Of a DNA stretch of 64,000 bases, positions 9,478 to 19,068 are shown in pieces. The stretch lies in the sequence record MZ502379.1; one strand, given 5' to 3'. Position numbers and translations under genes: made by a program. Origin of the DNA: Escherichia phage vB_EcoM_Shinka. The notes beneath the pieces were generated by a model. The model was not told the DNA's origin. It did not search any database and was given only the letters and a program-made list of their open reading frames with translations. Positions within the stretch are counted from its first letter, which is position 1. Every line of letters begins with the position of its first letter.

Positions 9478-9592
9478 ATTTTACCCTTAATTGATTAACC
9501 AAGCATTGATAAGCACTAAACTATATTGCGAATAAAATTCTGGACCAAAATGAAAAATCATATCATTTATAGTATCCATAATGTAATTCAAT

Positions 9593-10063
9593 TTAATCAT
9601 GTGTCCACACCCCATCGGTATTTGACCAAAGTCGCTGATTATCTGATCCTCGCCACAGCTTTTTAGTCGGAAGATTTTTCTCATACTTCCCATCAATAAT
9701 AACATCAACATATTTAAGCATTTCTAGTTGTTTAATATCTTCAAACTTATATCCTGTCCACAACCAAATGCTTTTATTGGGATAAAGATTTTTAATAGTT
9801 TGAACCACAGAGTGAATCACGTCTCTGTTATCAGGATAAAGAGGGTCACCTCCGGTTATAGTTAATCCTTCTATATAATCATTATTCAAACATTCAATTA
9901 ATTGTTCTAGTGTTTCACCAGTGAATGGAACACCATTTCTAGCATTCCATGTTGATTTATTATAACACCCTTCACATTTATGCAAACAACCTGTAACGAA
10001 AAGAACGGTCCTGCAGCCAGGACCATTAACAAAATCGCAAGGATAAAATCTATCATAATTCAT
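9593..10063 (-). CDS. nrdG: Anaerobic ribonucleotide reductase activating protein (radical SAM, 156 aa)
   Basis: CLHKCEGC radical-SAM cysteine motif; start overlaps the nrdD stop. Confidence 0.9.
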   Translation of the reverse strand: MNYDRFYPCDFVNGPGCRTVLFVTGCLHKCEGCYNKSTWNARNGVPFTGETLEQLIECLNNDYIEGLTITGGDPLYPDNRDVIHSVVQTIKNLYPNKSIWLWTGYKFEDIKQLEMLKYVDVIIDGKYEKNLPTKKLWRGSDNQRLWSNTDGVWTHD

Positions 10064-11877
10064 TGGTGCTTAACCCTATGCATGATTTCTTTATTTTTGC
10101 CGAGATTAAATCCGCGTTCGTTCGGATTTCCCAAATAACCACATGTTCTTCTTATTGTGTTCATCTTTTTAGGATCAGTTTCTCCACAAATAGAACAAAC
10201 AAATCCGTTTTCAGTAGGAGTCATTTCATGGGTACTTCCACATGTAAAACATTTATCTACTGGCATATTAACACCAAAATAATCTAAATGTTGTGCAGCA
10301 TAATCCCAGACAGCCTCAAGACCTTTTAAGTTATTTTTCATATCAGGAAGTTCAACATAAGAAATGTGACCACCTGTCGCAATGAAATGATATGGCGCTT
10401 CACGAGAAATCTTTTCAAACGGAGTAACATTTTCTTCTACTGAAACGTGGAAACTGTTAGTGTACCAGCCTTTATCAGTAACATCCTTTACACTTCCATA
10501 TTTTTCTGTATCAAGTTTACAGAAGCGATAGCACAGGTTTTCAGCAGGAGTAGAATACAAACTAAAAGCAAAACCAGTTCTTTCAGTCCACTGTTTAAGA
10601 TGAGCATTCATTTTAGTTAAAATTTCTTGCCCAATATCACGACCGACAAGAATATTCAATTCGTGAATACCAATGTATCCTAAAGACACTGAACTTCTAC
10701 CGTTTTTAAATAACTCAATTATGTCGTCATCAGGTTTAAGACGAACCCCGAATGCACCTTCTTGGTAAAGAATAGGAGCAACAGTTGCTTTAACTCCTTT
10801 TAAGGAACTAATTCTACACATCAAAGCTTCAAAACATAAATCCATTCGTTCATTAAATAATTCGATAAATTTCTGTTCATTGAACTGTGTTCCAATATAA
10901 GAATCTAACGCGATGCGAGGAAGATTCAATGTTACAACACCAAGATTATTACGTCCATCAAGAATTTCATTGCCAGTCGAATCTTTCCATACGCTCAAGA
11001 AACTACGGCAACCCATTGGAGAAACAGGAACAGATGAACCAGTGATAGCTTTATTGTTCTTAGCTGAAATAATATCAGGATACATCCTTTTGCTTGCACA
11101 CTCTAGAGCAAGCTGCTTAATATCATAGTTCGGATCGTCTTTATAAAGATTAACACCTTCTTCAACGAACATAACAAGCTTAGGGAAAATAGGAGTTATC
11201 CCATCACGACCGAGACCTTTAATACGATTTTTCAGAATTGCTTTCTGAATCATTCGTTCAGTCCAGTCAGTTCCCGTACCAAATGTAATTGTTACAAAAG
11301 GAGTCTGTCCGTTTGAACTAAAGAGAGTGTTTACTTCATATTCATAAGCTTGGAATGCATCGTATACATCTTTTTCTGTTTTAGATTGAGCATAATTCAA
11401 CGCATCAGCGATTTGCCATTTTTCTGCATCCTCAATATGTTTTGCATAGGTGCGTTTAACATAAGGAGAAAGTACTTTATCTACATTCGCAAAAGTCGTT
11501 CCGCCATATTGATGGGAAGCAACTTGCGCAGTAATTTGTGCCATAATTGCAGTAGCAACACCGATTGATTTAGGAGTTTCAATCTGTGCATTACCAAGCT
11601 TAAATCCGTTCTCAAGCATTCCTTTTAAATCTACTAAACAACAATTAGTAAAAGGCAATGATATACTGTAATCTAAATCATGAAAATGAATTAATCCAAC
11701 ATTATGGGCATTTACAATATGACTTGGAAGAATACGACAAGCGATATGTTTAGAAACAATACCGGCCATTAAATCTCTTTTTGTTGGAAAGACGCGAGAA
11801 TCTTTGTTGGCGTTTTCTGTATTTAATTCTTTATCTTTATTTGAAATAAAATTTAAAACATCTTTTTCTAAAGACAT
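10060..11877 (-). CDS. nrdD: Anaerobic ribonucleoside-triphosphate reductase (605 aa), uninterrupted
   Basis: 605-aa continuous ORF with C-terminal glycyl-radical region (RTCGYLG) and zinc-ribbon cysteines (CFTCG...CSICG); no intron-sized interruption. Confidence 0.9.
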   Translation of the reverse strand: MSLEKDVLNFISNKDKELNTENANKDSRVFPTKRDLMAGIVSKHIACRILPSHIVNAHNVGLIHFHDLDYSISLPFTNCCLVDLKGMLENGFKLGNAQIETPKSIGVATAIMAQITAQVASHQYGGTTFANVDKVLSPYVKRTYAKHIEDAEKWQIADALNYAQSKTEKDVYDAFQAYEYEVNTLFSSNGQTPFVTITFGTGTDWTERMIQKAILKNRIKGLGRDGITPIFPKLVMFVEEGVNLYKDDPNYDIKQLALECASKRMYPDIISAKNNKAITGSSVPVSPMGCRSFLSVWKDSTGNEILDGRNNLGVVTLNLPRIALDSYIGTQFNEQKFIELFNERMDLCFEALMCRISSLKGVKATVAPILYQEGAFGVRLKPDDDIIELFKNGRSSVSLGYIGIHELNILVGRDIGQEILTKMNAHLKQWTERTGFAFSLYSTPAENLCYRFCKLDTEKYGSVKDVTDKGWYTNSFHVSVEENVTPFEKISREAPYHFIATGGHISYVELPDMKNNLKGLEAVWDYAAQHLDYFGVNMPVDKCFTCGSTHEMTPTENGFVCSICGETDPKKMNTIRRTCGYLGNPNERGFNLGKNKEIMHRVKHQ

Positions 11878-12689
11878 AATTCTAATTTATCCTTTTGAAA
11901 TTCTTCGTCTAAATATGGGTTCCAACCCATTTTAAACCTTTTGATGAAATTATCAATTCTAAATTTCGGTAAGTTTAAATCCGCAAAAATAGATGATTTA
12001 CTTTTAAAATCTGGACTTAAATAATCATATAAAATTTCTGCGTATTTTAACCATAATATACAAGTACCAGATTTAATTGCTCTCGGAGTTTTCCAAGGTT
12101 TTACACCATACATCGGATTTCCACTTCCTTTATGCCTGATAGAAGATGAAATTCCAATTTTAATTTTAGCTTCCTTTGTATGCGAAAATCCACGATGTGG
12201 ATTTTCTTTCCAGTATTTTTTAGAAGCTTCTGATATTTTCTTTCTGGCTAAATTAGTATGATGCTTTCCATAAAATCCATGATTTTTGCCTTTATTACGA
12301 TTTCTTTTAATCATGGTTATTGATTGCTTTTCTCTAGTTTCTTTAGAAGGAGAAATACCATATGTTGTAAATTGGCCATCAGCATATGCTAAATTAAAAT
12401 ACTCTTTATTCCATACATCTTTTTCTATATTCTTTTGAAATTCAGCTTCAATGCTAGTTATTTGTTCATCTCCGACTAATTGAAAATATAATATTTCAAC
12501 TTTCGGCGTTTCTTTCAATAAGGCTTTTTGAAATTCGGAAGATGACGAAGACGAATAATAAAATTTACCATTTTTATCAATAATATTCGTTCCATCAAAA
12601 GTGCAATTGGTTTTACTTCCAATGTAATAATATGGTGGGATTTTAGCATTAATTCTATTAATAAATGATAGTTTATATACTACATTCAT
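11868..12689 (-). CDS. Free-standing GIY-YIG homing endonuclease-like protein (273 aa)
   Basis: N-terminal VVYKLSF and YYYIGSKTN motifs (GIY-YIG) plus basic NUMOD3-like repeats (KGKNHGFYGKHHT, HKGSGNPMYG); overlaps gene 49 stop and nrdD start. Confidence 0.7.
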   Translation of the reverse strand: MNVVYKLSFINRINAKIPPYYYIGSKTNCTFDGTNIIDKNGKFYYSSSSSSEFQKALLKETPKVEILYFQLVGDEQITSIEAEFQKNIEKDVWNKEYFNLAYADGQFTTYGISPSKETREKQSITMIKRNRNKGKNHGFYGKHHTNLARKKISEASKKYWKENPHRGFSHTKEAKIKIGISSSIRHKGSGNPMYGVKPWKTPRAIKSGTCILWLKYAEILYDYLSPDFKSKSSIFADLNLPKFRIDNFIKRFKMGWNPYLDEEFQKDKLELCL

Positions 12690-13159
12690 TTTAAACTCTT
12701 TCTAAGCTGCTTCTTAAATGAAGCTATTAATTGTGTTTTGGTGTCAGATTCATTATATTCAAATCCTCTTTGAAGCATCTCGGCCATCATTTCCTCTTTT
12801 CCTAAACGAGAAAATTCCTTTGATTTATCTCCAACAAAGTTAGGGTGAATATTATTTTGGGTGTAATCGGATTTTAAATAAGTAAGTAAATTTTCTAACC
12901 ATTCAAGATAATCAACACCTTGTCCCTTTAAGCCAGAACGATTAAATTTATGCTTCATTTGACCTTCTGCGGCATTGCATAGATTACAAAGCAATCCACG
13001 TACCTTTCCTGCTTTTGGTCCATTTAATTCATGGTCATGATCAAGATGATTAGCTTGAACATCAGGATTTAGTTCTCGTTGGCAAATTAAGCATTTACCG
13101 TTTTGTGCATTATAAAATTTTTGTTTTTCTTCTTTGTATAATTTGCCAGTCAATAACAT
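12686..13159 (-). CDS. 49: Endonuclease VII, Holliday junction resolvase (157 aa)
   Basis: Sequence MLLTGKLYKEEKQKFYNAQNGKCLICQRELNPDVQANHLDHDHELNGPKAGKVRGLLCNLCN matches recalled T4 gp49 with its zinc-binding cysteines and HNH-like core. Confidence 0.9.
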   Translation of the reverse strand: MLLTGKLYKEEKQKFYNAQNGKCLICQRELNPDVQANHLDHDHELNGPKAGKVRGLLCNLCNAAEGQMKHKFNRSGLKGQGVDYLEWLENLLTYLKSDYTQNNIHPNFVGDKSKEFSRLGKEEMMAEMLQRGFEYNESDTKTQLIASFKKQLRKSLK

Positions 13160-13201
13160 AATAAAACCCTTACCTTAAATAGATAAGGGTATTTATTATT
13201 T

Positions 13202-13687
13202 TTAAGTATTGTAAAACATTCGATGCAATCGTTTATATTGCTGAATCATTCGGTCAGAAAAAGAAATTTGGGTTTCAAGCCATTCAATATATTCTGCCGC
13301 AGCTTGCATCAAATTTCCTTCATAGCCATCGTTATTTTCTTGTGCAGCTAATTTAGCTAATGCGTATGAAATACGTTCACCTTGAAAAGCGGCTTTAGGC
13401 TTCTGAACATCTTGGCTAGTTCTCTCTACAACTTCTTCAATTTCGCCATTTTCAACGGATTCAGTATTCCACAAACACCAGTATGTAATTGGCTTATCAT
13501 AGATGTTAATAATCTTTCCGTCGGAAAGTTCAATTTCAATAATTCCAGTATCAGGTTCTATATCATCTTCACATTCTTTTGCAAGTTCACGAACTTTAAA
13601 GACAGTACCTGCACTAAGTTCCGGCCAGTAATTACATAGCCCTGTATCAACACGATTAATTCTAAACCACTTATCTACTGTAATCAT
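13202..13687 (-). CDS. pin: Pin-like protein (host protease inhibitor), 161 aa from internal ATG
   Basis: Position after gene 49 and size match T4 pin; the ORF track start is a TTG six codons upstream of the first ATG. Confidence 0.55.
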   Translation of the reverse strand: MITVDKWFRINRVDTGLCNYWPELSAGTVFKVRELAKECEDDIEPDTGIIEIELSDGKIINIYDKPITYWCLWNTESVENGEIEEVVERTSQDVQKPKAAFQGERISYALAKLAAQENNDGYEGNLMQAAAEYIEWLETQISFSDRMIQQYKRLHRMFYNT

Positions 13688-13809
13688 GTCCCATCTCCAT
13701 ATCAATTAAGTCATTTATCGTTGGTTCATTATATACTGTTTCTTCATCAGTGTAAACCGGTTCTTCCGGCTCTGGCTCTACAGTTTCCCATCTAGCCGCC
13801 CACCAAGGT

Positions 13810-13980
13810 TTAACCCCGAAGCTTATTAAGTTCTTCATAATCAATCCAGGATTCTAATCCTGATGGCAAATCAGATTCAATTTCCCAAAGAAGCTCTTCA
13901 ATTTTCTGAAGACGATCTAGTTCTTCGGCTGGAATAGTAACCATTGACGGAGTTCTTGATACATTAATATCGTAAATCAT
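13810..13980 (-). CDS. Small acidic hypothetical protein (about 56 aa), below the ORF track cutoff
   Basis: ATG at 13980 opens a frame reading MIYDINVSRTPSMVTIPAEELDRLQKIEELLWEIESDLPSGLESWIDYEELNKLRG; fills the otherwise empty gap between pin and ORF 13983-14198. Confidence 0.3.
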   Translation of the reverse strand: MIYDINVSRTPSMVTIPAEELDRLQKIEELLWEIESDLPSGLESWIDYEELNKLRG

Positions 13981-13982
13981 AT

Positions 13983-14198
13983 TTACCCCAATTTAACCAT
14001 ACAATCGCCGTATTTCCACTTAGAAATAGACTTTTCACCATTAGAATAATAAACTTCGAGTTTAGCACGATTATTTTTAATTTGAATAACCTTGGCTGTC
14101 ATCAAAGTTCCATACCCATAGTAAACTGCAACTTCATCACCTACATATACCGCGCTTCCGCGGTAATCATGAATATAGTCAGTTCCTTCGAGCATCAT
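13983..14198 (-). CDS. Hypothetical small protein (71 aa)
   Basis: ORF whose start overlaps the nrdC stop. Confidence 0.45.
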   Translation of the reverse strand: MMLEGTDYIHDYRGSAVYVGDEVAVYYGYGTLMTAKVIQIKNNRAKLEVYYSNGEKSISKWKYGDCMVKLG

Positions 14199-14458
14199 TT
14201 AAAATATTCTCGCAGTTGGTCAAATCCACCAATATGACTTCCATCAGGAGCAAATACCTGGGGCATTGTCAAGCCGATTTGAGTATCACGACCTAGTTTA
14301 GTCAGAAGCTCAGCAATTTTCTCATCATCAAAAACACCTTTTTCCGGCATAATGTTGATAAATTCAAACGGCTGTTTCTTCACGGTCAAAAGACGTTTTG
14401 CATTATCGCAATACACACATTTATGAATGTTGCTATCATAACCATATACTTTAAACAT
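14195..14458 (-). CDS. nrdC: Glutaredoxin/thioredoxin NrdC (87 aa)
   Basis: MFKVYGYDSNIHKCVYCDNAKRLL with CVYC active site; matches recalled T4 NrdC. Confidence 0.9.
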   Translation of the reverse strand: MFKVYGYDSNIHKCVYCDNAKRLLTVKKQPFEFINIMPEKGVFDDEKIAELLTKLGRDTQIGLTMPQVFAPDGSHIGGFDQLREYFK

Positions 14459-14459
14459 A

Positions 14460-14702
14460 TTATTCCTTAATTCCTAGTACTTGTTTAAAAGTCTCGTCGT
14501 AATCAAGACTTTGGCCCGTTTGTTCTTTATGTTTGTATATAATATCACTTACTTCTGATAGCATATTTTTATATGAACGAGTTAAAGCAGATTTAAGCAC
14601 GCTGTATCTATCAGGAAATTTACCATGTTCATTATAATAAGCTATTGCTAATTCACGGACTGCCTTTTCAGCAGCCTCCATATATTCTTTACGCTTGGTC
14701 AT
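14460..14702 (-). CDS. Hypothetical protein (80 aa)
   Basis: ORF upstream of nrdC, same strand. Confidence 0.5.
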   Translation of the reverse strand: MTKRKEYMEAAEKAVRELAIAYYNEHGKFPDRYSVLKSALTRSYKNMLSEVSDIIYKHKEQTGQSLDYDETFKQVLGIKE

Positions 14703-14704
14703 TT

Positions 14705-15094
14705 TTAATCCAAAATATTATTAGGCATTGGTTGAACACTCACAAGTTCTTTAAAGAACTCAGTAGAGTCAGGCAATTTAACCATTTCCGGAGCATGCTT
14801 ACTGAATTTATGTTTACATTGACGGCATTTATATTCAAGCTCTGGTTTACGCCAGTTAATCAATTGAACTTGTTCAGTACCGCATTCAGGGCAATTAGGA
14901 ACGTTTTTAGAAGCTCTTTCACGTCGTTCAACCATAGCCATAATAGCATCCCATGCTGGAGGTTTAAAATCTAAATCGTCGCAGCCGTGAATCTTTCCAC
15001 GCATTTCCATATCATCTTCCTCACCAGCCATAATAATTTTAATTAAACTGGAATTACTTGAAGCTGCAATGTCTTCTAATAAACGCTTTTTCAT
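14705..15094 (-). CDS. Zinc-ribbon protein (129 aa)
   Basis: CPECG...(14 aa)...CRQCKH four-cysteine pair near the C-terminus; acidic N-terminus. Confidence 0.5.
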   Translation of the reverse strand: MKKRLLEDIAASSNSSLIKIIMAGEEDDMEMRGKIHGCDDLDFKPPAWDAIMAMVERRERASKNVPNCPECGTEQVQLINWRKPELEYKCRQCKHKFSKHAPEMVKLPDSTEFFKELVSVQPMPNNILD

Positions 15095-16017
15095 TTCAAT
15101 ACCTCAATAGCATTACGTAAACCATTTGCTTTGGCGGTTAAAGCCTTAAGAACTTTAGTATGCTCTTCAATCTGTTTTTCAACTTCAATCAAACGGGCAC
15201 TGAGATATTCGCGTTCTTCTTTCATAGTATCATTTCCATGATTGGATTTTGGGGTAGGTTTAAATTCACTAGGGTCCTTTAATTTAATAACAAATTTAGT
15301 TTCAAACAGCGAAAGACCATAATTCGTATTATCATCAAAGGATTTGACTACATCCATATCAGATAATAACACGCGTAAATTATAAGCCAAAGAACTAATA
15401 GTTTCATTGTGTTTATTAGCTTCGCGTGGTTTCATATACGGAAGATTTTTATATATCTCGTGCGGAGCACAAATGATAATTGACAATTCAAATTGCCCAT
15501 TCTGGGACGATGGAGTGAATTTAGCCGTAACCCAGTCTTTTACATTCACATTAATAGTACGGTTATCACCATGACAAAACAGTCTACGAGAATGCTTAAA
15601 AAGCATATTCACGTTATTATTGAATTCGTGTGAAAATTCACTAGCAAATTTTTCTTTACTATCTTTAGAAAACCATTCTTCTAAATAAGTTCTTTTCACG
15701 TCGTTAATAATATTAAATGTAACAACACTAGCATTTGATACATTAGTCTCAATGTAGCTTGGATACATAAATTTTTTAACATTATTAACAGCTATCACAG
15801 AAGATAGTAATCGGGAACGTTTGAACCACTCGAGCAAAGAACCAAGAGAATGTGAATACGCATTTTGTGTATCTTTACAAATATGGTTTTCCCATCCAAT
15901 ATAGTCTAAAAAATCACGAAGAATATTATTGATTACTGCTCTGTGTCCTATCTGATAATTACGATGTTTAGTAATAAGACTGTCAAAATAATCAATATAA
16001 TGTTTACGAGTTTTCAT
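15091..16017 (-). CDS. Member 1 of a tandem paralogous family with C-terminal coiled coil (308 aa)
   Basis: Starts MKTRK; C-terminal 40 aa heptad-like ([42 protein letters not shown]); shares internal blocks with the next two ORFs. Confidence 0.6.
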   Translation of the reverse strand: MKTRKHYIDYFDSLITKHRNYQIGHRAVINNILRDFLDYIGWENHICKDTQNAYSHSLGSLLEWFKRSRLLSSVIAVNNVKKFMYPSYIETNVSNASVVTFNIINDVKRTYLEEWFSKDSKEKFASEFSHEFNNNVNMLFKHSRRLFCHGDNRTINVNVKDWVTAKFTPSSQNGQFELSIIICAPHEIYKNLPYMKPREANKHNETISSLAYNLRVLLSDMDVVKSFDDNTNYGLSLFETKFVIKLKDPSEFKPTPKSNHGNDTMKEEREYLSARLIEVEKQIEEHTKVLKALTAKANGLRNAIEVLK

Positions 16018-16069
16018 GTTCTTCTCACTTGGTTAATGATTTATACTCCGAGCCATCCTTGGCTTTAAA

Positions 16070-17071
16070 TTACTTAATTAACTGTAAAGCTTGTTCCAGA
16101 CGATCAAGACGATTAACAGATTCTTCCCAAATCCTTTTAGCCTGCTCATATTCTTTCTGCGCTTTATTAGAAATTTCTAGAACTTCTTTATAAGCTTTTT
16201 CTAGTGCAATAACTTCTGGACGAATTTCTATCGGTTCAGGTGAATCATCAAGACATTCCATTAGTTCCTCAAGGGTAGTTTCTTCTTTAGGAGTATTCAC
16301 AATTTCATCACATTTTTGTTGGTAAATTTCTTTATCAGTAGGTGAATAAGCACATTTCACTTCACGAAGGCTAATTACGAGTTTATATCCTTCCCAACCG
16401 CATATATTCTTAAAAGGATATGTATGAATATTTTCTACTGTTTCCATACAAAGTAATGCGGTCTCTAATTGACGAGTTATAGTGCTAGCAATTGAGAAAA
16501 ATTTATTAATATTCTTTTGGTTAGTTTCTGGTGTAAAAAATCCATAATTCACAAAAATAGATACTTTATTTTTATCAAGTTCATATTCTTTTATGATAAT
16601 CATATCAGAAGCCAAAGGATGAATTTGACGATAATCGCCATAACATAATTTAGAAGCTGATTTTAGAATTTGTTTCTTAAAAAGTCTGAAATTACTGATC
16701 CAACGACGAGTAAAAATATTCTCAGGGTCTTCTTTAATATTAAGATGATAAGAATTAACATCACCGAACCAATTGTATCCTACTACATCTTTAGTTCGTT
16801 TAATTTCTTTCCCAAAATTACCAAGAATATCCCGATTAACCAAATATGAAAGAAGACGAGACTCTTTAAAGGTTTTCTTGATAACATCTTTATCTACACG
16901 GCTAGAAATTTTACGAATTTCATGAATAAATTTAGTAGAAGAAACAATACTTGCATCAACACTATTGAGCCATTGATTGATAATAGAAAGAACGCTATTT
17001 TGGCCAAACATCGGTATAGCTTTATCATCAATAACGCTATTGAATGATTTGATATATTCGTTACGAGTCAT
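16070..17071 (-). CDS. Member 2 of the paralogous family (about 333 aa from internal Met)
   Basis: Block FRLFKKQILKSASKL aligns with ALFRRQLKQILSTASRL of member 3; C-terminal coiled coil. Confidence 0.6.
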   Translation of the reverse strand: MTRNEYIKSFNSVIDDKAIPMFGQNSVLSIINQWLNSVDASIVSSTKFIHEIRKISSRVDKDVIKKTFKESRLLSYLVNRDILGNFGKEIKRTKDVVGYNWFGDVNSYHLNIKEDPENIFTRRWISNFRLFKKQILKSASKLCYGDYRQIHPLASDMIIIKEYELDKNKVSIFVNYGFFTPETNQKNINKFFSIASTITRQLETALLCMETVENIHTYPFKNICGWEGYKLVISLREVKCAYSPTDKEIYQQKCDEIVNTPKEETTLEELMECLDDSPEPIEIRPEVIALEKAYKEVLEISNKAQKEYEQAKRIWEESVNRLDRLEQALQLIK

Positions 17072-17128
17072 AATAATCTCCTCAGTAGAAAGTAAAAACA
17101 TTATACCACATCCTTGTGGCAAAGTAAA

Positions 17129-18157
17129 CTAGTTCAGTGCATTTAGTGCATTGTTCAGTTTAGAACGTTGCTTTGTCAGATTTTGAACCCTTGACTGAGC
17201 TTGTTCTAACGCCTTTTCAGCTTCTAGCATTTCATTGGTCGCTTTAACGAGTTCATCATCTACTGCCTTAAGAGACTTTTCAATCGCATCAGCGTGCCAT
17301 TTTTCTACAGGTTTAAAATTTGAATTTTCAGTAGGAAGAAAACTCACTTTATTAAGTTTACATGCATCTATGTTACTTGAACTGTACATCCAACATTTAG
17401 GATCGTTTGATAAGTAATTGGATAAATTTAAATTTAAGGTATCTTGCACTTCCTGCTTTTTCTCTTGAACAATTTCATCCTTTCTCAAAAATTCATATTT
17501 AAATGAAACGATCATATCAAGTTCATATGTTGTTGTATGTTCCCAATTTCGCTCAAAACGAGGTAAAATCTTAGATTGAACAGCAGCAACAACATCCATA
17601 TACTTAAATGCTTCTGTCAGCTGTGATTTAAGACATTCACAAATTGAAAGAGAATTTTTAGTATTAGGCTTAAAGCTAATTCGTGCAGTTCTATTATTTT
17701 CTTTTAACGGTCTTACTTCCATCTGAAGAGTATAACCATCAAATTTCAGGTTCTTTAAGTTAATGTCAGAACCTTTTAATCGACTAGCCGTCGACAAAAT
17801 TTGCTTTAATTGTCTACGGAACAGAGCAATAAATCTCCATTCAATTCGATAATGATTTGGATTGAAAAATCCAGATGATAAATCGACCTTACTTTGACCA
17901 ACGCCTTGAACAATCAAAGGATTTTTATAATCAATAGTTTTACAGAAATCGGTGAGCTGTTCACGAGCAGTCATTTGTGTAATATACCCTGCTTTACTAA
18001 AATTACGCACCCATTCACTGCTATTCGTATACTTAAAGTGATGAATAACACGATTAACTTTATCAGGGTCTAAATTATTTTCACACAAAAATGTCATAAC
18101 ATCACGAGTATAGCTGGCATTACGAACCATATCTTCAATTTGAGAACGAGTTTTCAT
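17129..18157 (-). CDS. Member 3 of the paralogous family (342 aa)
   Basis: Starts MKTRS like member 1; shared internal block with member 2; C-terminal coiled coil. Confidence 0.6.
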   Translation of the reverse strand: MKTRSQIEDMVRNASYTRDVMTFLCENNLDPDKVNRVIHHFKYTNSSEWVRNFSKAGYITQMTAREQLTDFCKTIDYKNPLIVQGVGQSKVDLSSGFFNPNHYRIEWRFIALFRRQLKQILSTASRLKGSDINLKNLKFDGYTLQMEVRPLKENNRTARISFKPNTKNSLSICECLKSQLTEAFKYMDVVAAVQSKILPRFERNWEHTTTYELDMIVSFKYEFLRKDEIVQEKKQEVQDTLNLNLSNYLSNDPKCWMYSSSNIDACKLNKVSFLPTENSNFKPVEKWHADAIEKSLKAVDDELVKATNEMLEAEKALEQAQSRVQNLTKQRSKLNNALNALN

Positions 18158-18165
18158 GGTGTTCC

Positions 18166-19068
18166 TTAAGATTTAAGTAAATCAACGATTTTAATTAATT
18201 TTTCACGCTCAGATTTAGCTTTACTACTCAATCCAGATAGTCTGAAAATTTCATCATCATATTGCTGAATAGAAATATTTAGCTCTTCAATCTGCTTATT
18301 AAAATAAGCAATTTGTTCAGAATGTTTTTCATTACTGCGAACTGGTACAGGTTTTGTAGGTAATTTAGATGAACTGGATTCATCCGGGCGATAAATTAAA
18401 ATACAACTTGAACCAATCGGACATTTAGCACCAGATGAATATTCTAATGTTCCAGCTTCTTTTAAAACTTCAAAAGCTAAACAGAGATGATGCCCCATAT
18501 TGACATAATCTGTAGAGTGAGCTCTGATGTAATAATCATCTCCACGAGTACTAAATTTAAAGCATTTAAGGTCTTCTGTATTATTGGTCTTAAAAATCAT
18601 TTGTTTATCTAGACCTTTAGCTAATCGAGCGCCTAATGCTAATAATCGTCGTTGATTTTCCCACAAATCCGCAATCATTTGGTCAAATGATAATTTCGGC
18701 ATTAGTCGACCATAAAGGTCATATCCTTTATTATAATTGCGAAGGATTTCACTCGCATTAATACGAGACAACGCTCCAATTTTATTAAGGGCTTTCATGA
18801 TGCGATTAGATAAACCCATTCCAGATCCGTTTGTTCGTTGCAAATGTTTATCTAATCCAAACCCAATATCAACTTTAAATTTATCTAAAATTTCAGCATG
18901 AACATCTCTGTCAATAACATTCAAATCCAAAGTTGGGTTAAATCTATGAAAAAATTTATCTGGCTCTCCACGACGAAGTACAGTCCATTCATTTAATTTT
19001 TTATTAACTAAAGATTTAATTACTGCATTGACATTATTAATTACTACTGACATATTTTTCTCACTCAA
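18166..19068 (-). CDS. Protein with C-terminal coiled coil, possible fourth family member (300 aa)
   Basis: Same size class and C-terminal coiled coil (QIEELNISIQQYDDEIFRLSGLSSKAKSEREKLIKIVDLLKS); N-terminal domain similarity to members 1-3 is not evident by eye. Confidence 0.55.
   Translation of the reverse strand: MSEKNMSVVINNVNAVIKSLVNKKLNEWTVLRRGEPDKFFHRFNPTLDLNVIDRDVHAEILDKFKVDIGFGLDKHLQRTNGSGMGLSNRIMKALNKIGALSRINASEILRNYNKGYDLYGRLMPKLSFDQMIADLWENQRRLLALGARLAKGLDKQMIFKTNNTEDLKCFKFSTRGDDYYIRAHSTDYVNMGHHLCLAFEVLKEAGTLEYSSGAKCPIGSSCILIYRPDESSSSKLPTKPVPVRSNEKHSEQIAYFNKQIEELNISIQQYDDEIFRLSGLSSKAKSEREKLIKIVDLLKS

Noticed and set aside
9487-9711. ORF 9487-9711 on the minus strand
   Set aside because: Half of it overlaps the nrdG 3' end out of frame; no RBS; translation is low complexity.
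10060-11877. Expected group I intron with internal endonuclease inside nrdD (as in T4)
   Set aside because: nrdD is a single uninterrupted 605-codon frame with no intron-sized insertion; the only endonuclease-like gene is outside nrdD.
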